From contig JBEUKZ010000098.1 of the NCBI GenBank assembly GCA_048128005.1, forward strand, positions 124,001-188,000: a stretch of 64,000 nucleotides of DNA, read 5' to 3'. Under the pieces are notes generated by a model. It was not told where the DNA came from and ran no database searches. It worked only from the letters and a program-made list of their open reading frames with translations. Position 1 is the stretch's first letter. Every line of letters begins with the position of its first letter. The stretch comes from Veleropilina oligotropha. Taxonomy: Eukaryota. Below are positions 52,701-61,700 of the stretch, one piece after another. A program made the translations under genes and the position numbers.

Positions 52701-55700
52701 GCCTAAGACACGCGCGGACTCCAACACGTTGCTCACCGTGGCAGTGGCACCTCGTGGAGGAAAGACAGAGCAGTCTCGCGAGAGCCGGGTCCGTCCTCCT
52801 GTAGAACGGCTATCGCACCGTGCAGGAACGAGTCCTGTACGGAAGACAGTCGCAGAGCCCGTCGGGCAGAGCTCTCGAAGGCTTCCATGGCGGCCCATGG
52901 TACCTTCGCTACCGAGGGAGATTGGCTGGCGGACAGACGACGCATCGCTACGTCAATCTGTGCCGGTTCAGCCACCAGGCACGGCTCAGAAAAGGCGATC
53001 GGTAAACATCGCTTACTGGGCCGGAGGTATCTTTCTCTACGGAGACCCCGAGGGAACTCCGTGAGAGAAAAAGTCTCCACTGTTTTGCCTCCCTGAATGG
53101 CCCGGGTGGTCTGATCAAGGACCACATCCACCAAGCCAGACTGGGGGAGTACAGGAAGCAGGGAAGCTTCCGACTCGGCAAAACGGTGTGCTGCCGTCCT
53201 GTGTTTGACCGTACCTACCGGCCGGGCCGGGTCGGGTAGATCTAACACCCCGCGAAGCGACGCGACAGCGTCGTATCCTCCTGCATGCCTGATTGACTAC
53301 GAGAGTCATCGGGATCGACCGATTCAAGGAGATCGGAACGATCGGAGGGGACGTACTCGTCGGAACGAGGTTCGACCTCCATCACCGAGGCAGGAGCCGT
53401 GCTCTGCGCCACGGGCAGACGAGCAGGGACCTGGGGCGGCTGAGCAGCCGGGGAGTCAGGCCCTACTGCGGGCCTCGAATTCCGCCGCAATCATTGCCTG
53501 GACGCTCTCCAGAGAGAGACCAACAGGCATGACGGGCGTCGATCCAACAGCCAGTGGATCGCTCGAGGTTACCGTGGCACATGGTAGACGGGCTGCTGGG
53601 CCAGGTTGATACAAGAACCAGGGTCTCGCATTGCCTGTCGAGCGGTTGCTACCGGAGAACTGGCCAAGAGGCGGGTTAACCGGAGCTCGACCTCCGAAAG
53701 ACTGCGGCCACAGTCCCGTGAAGGTCGTCGCTCTGTTCGGTGGGTAGACGGGGGAAACTCCCGCGTGCGTGCCCATCCCGAACGCAGCCGGTCCGTCCGC
53801 GCCAACTAGTCTGAACCCAAGGGGGACAGGGGAGTTGACGGGCCCTCCGACAAGACTGTGAGCTCCGAGGTGTAAGGACGAACCCTGGGGAGGGTCGGTC
53901 GCACCATCGGCCAGTGAGTCGGGTTGCGTTGGTGGTCCGGATCTTAAACCACCTTGGTGGTGTCCGGCAACTGTTCCAACTTTCTCTGCCGTCAGCTGTA
54001 TGCCGCTCGACATATAGCTTCTTGCAGAAGGACTAGCCGTCCCCTGCTCTTCCGAGGCCGGAAGAGAGGAAGGGGACCGCCTGCCCTGTTCAGCCGTTCG
54101 CTGTAAGGTCCGATGTACCTTGTTAGCCGACAAGGTACTGCTGGACGCAGCTACTTGGCCCATGGTTCGAGGAGATTCGGACAGCACTCGGGCTACTCTT
54201 ACCTCCTGAATGTGGGACGCCGGCGAGGTTCCGACGGCTTTCCCCAAAGCTGCGGGGGTGTCGGCGGCGGTCCTGCGATATGCGATGCCCTAGTTCGCGT
54301 GTCGCTTCGCGTCCCTGAAACAGACGAATTAGAATTAGATCCTAACTTACCCGTCATCTGTTCCTCCGGGGAATGCCCAACCGAGTCGAACTCCCTGGTA
54401 GTCTTCGCGGGTGGGTAGGTGAGTGCCCACTGCCTATCCGTTAATGCAAAACAACAAGGGTATTTTGCGCTATAGTTACGGTGTATGCGACATACCGTAT
54501 GTCGAAGCTGTGTATCTTTTGATTACACTCCGGGTTGCTGTAGCGGACCATAGCTGATCACGGACCACGCCCTGATCACACGGGTAGGATAGGTAGTAGG
54601 AAACAGGGAATTTAAGGGATATCCGGGTAGTGCGCTTCACGTGATATAAACTACTACACCTTAAATTTTATAGGGGTCTCTAATCCGAAGTATAAGGATA
54701 AGACCGGATATCAACCTGTGACTTGTTATTAATTACGTTTCGAGTTGCTCGGCAACCCTAGTTACAGAACAAGTATCCAGACTAGAATTGACACCAAGTC
54801 CGACGTATAAGTTTTATTAAAACGGCTTGTCGGAAACTAACAAATTGAATGCAGGCGGATATATATAGATAGAGGAGGCTATATATAGATAACAGCCGCC
54901 TTAAAACACCTGAAAACTTCGTGGATGTTGATTTCAATAGGTTAGAACTTTGGCGAAATATCCCAGATTCGGCAGATAGGCCAAATAACGCACGTTAATA
55001 CCTAAATATCTGCCTTGTTAGCGACGCTAAATTCGATTGAACAAAGTTACTAAGAATTTAAGCAAGATACGCCGCTAAGGAATTATCTAATATATATATG
55101 AATTACACAGTAATATCAAGCAATATTAGAACAACACTTCTTCCTTTGAAAGGTTCGGATACACGAAACTTTCCCGCTTGAAGAACTTTTTCCGAGCGGC
55201 CCTCTTTAGATACTTTTTTCACTTGTATATCCAAGATGGCGGCCGAAAAACTCGTGGCCAGAATCACAATTATTTACATTTGATAATCCGGCTCCGAATA
55301 GTACTCCTAATCACAGTTAGTGTGTTTCTACAGATTATATACTATAATCGGCACAACATTGTGCGAAAGAAACTCTTTAAAGGTACACTTTAAAGCAAAT
55401 ATCGTCTTTTATTTTAGACAACAACTCAAGCACGTCCGGACTGATTGACGGATGACTTAAAATACGCTCTGTCGTAGTCTCTGAGGTCTCGCGAGACTTG
55501 GGCAGATCTCGGGAGAGGAACATAGAGGGTGAGCAGGGGAGGTAAGCGCGTGTAAGATTTAAGAGAAAGTGAAAGCGTGTTTCACAGTTTCCGGTCTAGC
55601 GATAATATGGCTATTATGGCATTGGTAATGACGTAGAGTATATTGCTACTAATTCTGTGAATATTTGACGTACAATGTCGAAATTAACGAAAGGCACAAG

Positions 55701-58700
55701 TTCAACAAATGCTTAATACACCCACCACATTGCGTAAAGTTATGCCAAGCAGTTTATGAGATACGCTTCGGAAAGGAGAACAGTAACAAATTAACAACAA
55801 GGGCAATAACTTTGCTTATGATCACCACACAACGTCGAAACTAGCAAAAGGCACCAGTTCACCGACTACTTAATATCCAGCAAGTTTCAAAAAGTTATGT
55901 CAAGCGGTATATGAGCTATGCTCCAGAAAAGATAAATTTAACACTTCTGGAATAAGGGAAATAACTCTGTTAATGATCGCCGCACGTCAAAACTAGCAAA
56001 AGGCACCAGTTCACCGACTACTGAATACATCCAGCAAGTTTCGTAAAGTTATGTCAAGCAGTGTATGAGCTACGCTCCGGAAAAGATAACATTAACGAAT
56101 TTAGAACAAGGGAAATAACTCTGTTAATAATAGCGACACGATGTCGAAACTAGCAAAAGGCACCAGTTCACTGTGTACTTAATACAGCCAGTAAGTTTCG
56201 AAAAGTTATGTCGAGCGGTGTATGAGATATGCTCCGGAAAACATAATTTGCACGGACGGACAGACGGTCTGCATTTTAATTTTTGCGGGGGATAATAATA
56301 TAACAAAAGATAATTTAGCTTAAATAGAACCTACTACTCTTTTTTTCAATTATTATATTCAAATGAATGCATCAACAAAGTCTACAATTTGTGCAACCAA
56401 CAGCTGATTAGCATGCAAACTTTATTTAATTTAAGAAAATTATAATGGAAAAAATATTTTATCTGATTCGTTCGGCTATCAGCCATTGAATGTTCTGTGT
56501 TTTCTTAAATCTTTGATCTACTTATTTACAACTGTACGTAGTACTAAACACACATTTTATGATGTCTGTTTTCTACTTTCCTTTCACCTGTTAGCATGTA
56601 CTTTTTAACTCTTCTACCATGCATATAATAATCGGTACATTTTAGTGGGCCAGTAAATTTTCTGTTTGGGCCAGTAAATATTAGAGCTTACCTGCCCGGT
56701 GGCCAGTAACGAATCAACATTAATGTCGAACCCTGAGTTATTATTGTTAACACCAGTTCATTGACACAAGTTCGGCAAAAATTGTTTTGTGTGCATGTTC
56801 ATTGACCCATTTTACCAATGGCAACTGAGGGCCGCTTCGGTAGCGCAGTGGGTAGAGTTTCCACTCTAACTTCACTGGCTTGTTTCCGCTGACGCGAACA
56901 GTAGTGGGATCGACCCCCGGCTGAGGCAGCACACATTTGTTCAAGTTATGAAGCACAGTTGTCCGTGACTGGCCGAAGAGGGCGGGTTTACCCGGCGACC
57001 GGGGTTTCCTCCCGCGATAACATGGACATGTCCTGCCTTGAACCTCGATGTTATAAATATACAGGACATTAAGCATAATTCCCCCCCCCCTCCAATGGCA
57101 ACTGTGACTCCAAACTCAGTAACTAGTATATAATAATAATAATAATAATAATGTACATTTGTATTGCGCCATATTCACCCACGAATGCATGGTCATAGCG
57201 CTACATTGATATAAACAAGTGCTATCGATATAGCGGTATCCCCCACGGTAAAGCATTTTGTCAATATATGCAAGAAATAGATTTAGTACAATGTTTGGAT
57301 GGTATGGAGATTTCTTATTGAAATTGGGCTTTACTTCCTAGATATATCAGCCAGCATACAAAATATATCTTGAGCAGCCCACATGCACTAATTGAACAAC
57401 TTTGTCCAAACTTGCAAATGTAACAAATTATTTGTGTTAAATAAATCAAAATTTCTATGTCCAAATACACAAATTTAATACAGATTTTGTGTTAAATTGA
57501 ATGCAACATCACTGCCAGAGCAGCATGTAGCAAAACAGACCCAACCCATATGCACTAATCAATATAACTGTCAGAATAGTAGGTAACAACTATGAAGCAT
57601 ACACCAATGCATATGTTTGCAAAAACATGCCTTAATCAATCAATATTTGCTAATTGAAAAACTTTAACCGAAAATGTTTACTAAATTCCTATGTAAAAAA
57701 ACAGCAATTATTTATTTTAAATTGTATTAAGGATAGCAGGTAGTGCCAATAAGGCCAACACCAAAGAATATGCATTAAAAATTGACTTACTAAACCTATA
57801 TGCAATCATCGAAAAACTTTAACCTAAACAATTTAACAGAAATTTAAATATTCTATATAAAAAACACCAATTTCACAAATTATTTATATTAAATTTTGTT
57901 CAATATCACTGCCAGGCTTAGCAGGTAGCATAAATATAGCCACCAACAAAGCATAAGTATGCAAAAAATTGCAATGATCATTGTATAAGCACTCAGTTAA
58001 AAACTTTGTAACTAAATTTATATGTCCCAAAACACCAATTTCATGCATTATTTATATAACATTATAGCGTAAATCATTGCCAGAGTATCAGGTCACATCC
58101 ATATAACCATTATTAAAGCTTGTGTATGCCGAAATGTTCCTTGAGCAATCGATATACTAAAAAAAAAAAACTTTAACCAAAAACTTTAACCGAAAAATGT
58201 TTATGTTCAAAGTGATATTTTTTCACAAAATAAATAAAACATCTTTTTGTTTTTGATTCCAACTAAAGGCTAAACATGTCTACTTTCCATCTAAATAGGT
58301 TTGATTGAGTTATTCATCCATTAAATGCATGTAATACCTTATCCAAAATGTTTAACCAAAATTGTGACCGGACGGACGGAGGGACGGACGGATGGAAGGA
58401 CGGACGGACGGACGGATGCTATCCCATATCCCCCTTCGGCTTTTTCCTTCGGAAGCCGCGGGGGATAACAAGAACCACGGTCCGATATGTCTCGCCCTTT
58501 AGATATATATATCAATGTATCAGAAAATGCCATTCAATGAAAAACTTTAACCGAAAAAACTTGAACCGAAAATGACACGACGCCGACGACGTCCATGTTA
58601 TTCCATGTTACTGGCAGAGTATCAGGTGACATCCATACAACCAATAACAAAGCATATATGTGCCAAAAAGTGCCTTGAGCAAGCCATATACACTTGATGA

Positions 58701-61700
58701 AAAACTTTAACCATAAAACTTTAACCTAAAGTTCACCTAAATTTCTATGTCCCAAAAGAACACCATATTTCCATTAATTATAATAAAATTTATTCCATAT
58801 TACTACCAGAGTATCAGGTGACATCCATACAACCAATAACAAAGCATATATATGCCAAAAAGTGCCTTGAGCAAGCCATATACACTTGATTAAATACTTG
58901 AGCCTAAAGTTCACCTAAATTTCTATGTTAAAAAAGACCACCATATTTCCATTAATTATAATAAAAAATATTCAATATCACTGCCAGAGTATCAGGTGAC
59001 ATCCATACAACCAATAACAAAGCTTATATATGCCAAAAAGTACCTTGAGCAAGCCATATATACTTGATGAAAAACTTTAACCGAAAACTTTAACCTAAAA
59101 TTTGCTTAAATTTCTATGTCCCAAAAGACCAATATATTTCCATTAATTCTATTAAAATTTATACAATATCACTTCCAGAGTATCAGGTGACATCCATACA
59201 ACCAATAACAAAGCTTATATATGCCAAAAAGTGCCTTGAGCAAGCCATATACAGTTGATGAAAAACTTTAACCGAAAACTTTAACCTAAAATTTCTATGT
59301 CTCAAAAGACGACTATATTTCCATTAATTATATTAAAATTTATTCAATATCACTGCCAGAGTATCAGGTGACATCCATACAACCAATAACAAAGCTTATA
59401 TATGCCAAAAAGTGCCTTGAGCAAGCCATATACAGTTGATGAAAAACTTTAACCGAAAACTTTAACGTAAAATTTGCTTAAATTTCTATGTCCCAAAAGA
59501 CCACTATATTTCCATTAATTATATTAAAATTTATTCAATATCGCTGCCAGAGTATCAGGTGACATCCATAAAACCAATAACAAAGCCTATATATGCCAAA
59601 AAGTGCCTTGAGCAAGCCATATACACTTGATGAAAAACTTTAACCTAAAATTTGCTTAAATTTCTATGTCCCAAAAGACCACTATATTTCCATTAATTAT
59701 ATTAAAATTTATTCAATATCACTGCCAGAGTATCAGGTGACATCCATACAACCAATAACAAAGCATATATGTGCCAAAAAGTGCCTTGAGCAAGCCATAT
59801 ACACTTGATGAAAAACTTTAACCATAAAACTTTAACCTAAAGTTCACCTAAATTTCTATGTCCCAAAAGAACACCATATTTCCATTAATTATAATAAAAT
59901 TTATTCCATATTACTACCAGAGTATCAGGTGACATCCATACAACCAATAACAAAGCATATATATGCCAAAAAGTGCCTTGAGCAAGCCATATACACTTGA
60001 TTAAATACTTGAGCCTAAAGTTCACCTAAATTTCTATGTTAAAAAAGACCACCATATTTCCATTAATTATAATAAAAAATATTCAATATCACTGCCAGAG
60101 TATCAGGTGACATCCATACAACCAATAACAAAGCTTATATATGCCAAAAAGTACCTTGAGCAAGCCATATATACTTGATGAAAAACTTTAACCGAAAACT
60201 TTAACCTAAAATTTGCTTAAATTTCTATGTCCCAAAAGACCAATATATTTCCATTAATTCTATTAAAATTTATACAATATCACTTCCAGAGTATCAGGTG
60301 ACATCCATACAACCAATAACAAAGCTTATATATGCCAAAAAGTGCCTTGAGCAAGCCATATACAGTTGATGAAAAACTTTAACCGAAAACTTTAACCTAA
60401 AATTTCTATGTCTCAAAAGACGACTATATTTCCATTAATTATATTAAAATTTATTCAATATCACTGCCAGAGTATCAGGTGACATCCATACAACCAATAA
60501 CAAAGCTTATATATGCCAAAAAGTGCCTTGAGCAAGCCATATACAGTTGATGAAAAACTTTAACCGAAAACTTTAACGTAAAATTTGCTTAAATTTCTAT
60601 GTCCCAAAAGACCACTATATTTCCATTAATTATATTAAAATTTATTCAATATCGCTGCCAGAGTATCAGGTGACATCCATAAAACCAATAACAAAGCCTA
60701 TATATGCCAAAAAGTGCCTTGAGCAAGCCATATACACTTGATGAAAAACTTTAACCTAAAATTTGCTTAAATTTCTATGTCCCAAAAGACCACTATATTT
60801 CCATTAATTATATTAAAATTTATTCAATATCACTGCCAGAGTATCAGGTGACATCCATACAACCAATAACAAAGCTTATATATGCCAAAAAGTGCCTTGA
60901 GCAAGCCATATACAGTTGATGAAAAACTTTAACCGAAAACTTTAACCTAAAATTTGCTTAAATTTCTATGTCCCAAAAGACCACTATATTTCCATTAATT
61001 ATATTAAAATTTATTCAATATCACTGCCAGAGTATCAGGTGACATCCATACAACCAATAACAAAGCTTATATATGCCAAAAAGTGCCTTGAGCAAGCCAT
61101 ATACAGTTGATGAACAACTTTAACCGAAAACTTTAACCTAAAATTTGTTTAAATTTCTATGTCCCAAAAGACCACTATATTTCCATTAATTATATTAAAA
61201 TTTATTCAATATCACTGCCAGAGTATCAGGTGACATCCATACAACCAATAACAAAGCTTATATATGCCAAAAAGTGCCTTGAGCAAGCCATATACACTTG
61301 ATGAAAAACTTTAACCGAAAACTTTAACCTAAAATTTGCTTAAATTTCTATGTCCCAAAACACCAATTTCATGCATTATTTATATAAAATTCCATTCAAT
61401 AACAGTTCCAGAGTATCAGGTGTTGTCCATATAACCAGTACCAATGCATATGTATGCATAAAAGTGCCTTTAGCAACCCATACACATGCAATGAAAAACT
61501 TTAACCCAAAATTACACGACGCCGACGACGTAGACGACGACGCCGCCGACGACGACGCCGGAAAATGTAATCCCTAAGTCTCGCTTTCCCTTCGGGGCGA
61601 GACAATAAACGAGTTACACGTAATGCAGCTGAAATGAGTAAGTTTTCAGTGATCCTTTGAACGAGTTCAGAGATGGAGACTGTTTGAGAGGTAAAGGAAG

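Larger units (their letters stand above)
48271..55653 (-). mobile_element. DIRS1-type tyrosine-recombinase retrotransposon, full-length, ORFs decayed
   Basis: About 200-bp inverted terminal repeats; internal complementary region at about 48579-48667; gag-like, RT, RNase H, MT and YR relics; no TSD. Confidence 0.93.
48008..56298 (-). mobile_element. HINE-like satellite-bearing element, host of DIRS
   Basis: Same monomer family as 43501-46586, on both sides of DIRS; GACG microsatellite and cgggggata end. Confidence 0.72.
47363..56735. mobile_element. TIR element (CAGGGT[C/T]CGACATTAA) enclosing a HINE and the DIRS element
   Basis: cagggtccgacattaa at 47363 / ttaatgtcgaaccctg at 56735; ggccagtaa subterminal repeats; AGT flanks both ends. 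Confidence 0.7.

Noticed and set aside
52309..53809. Plus-strand ORFs of 60-250 aa inside DIRS
   Set aside because: Antisense to a GC-rich gag region; no motifs.
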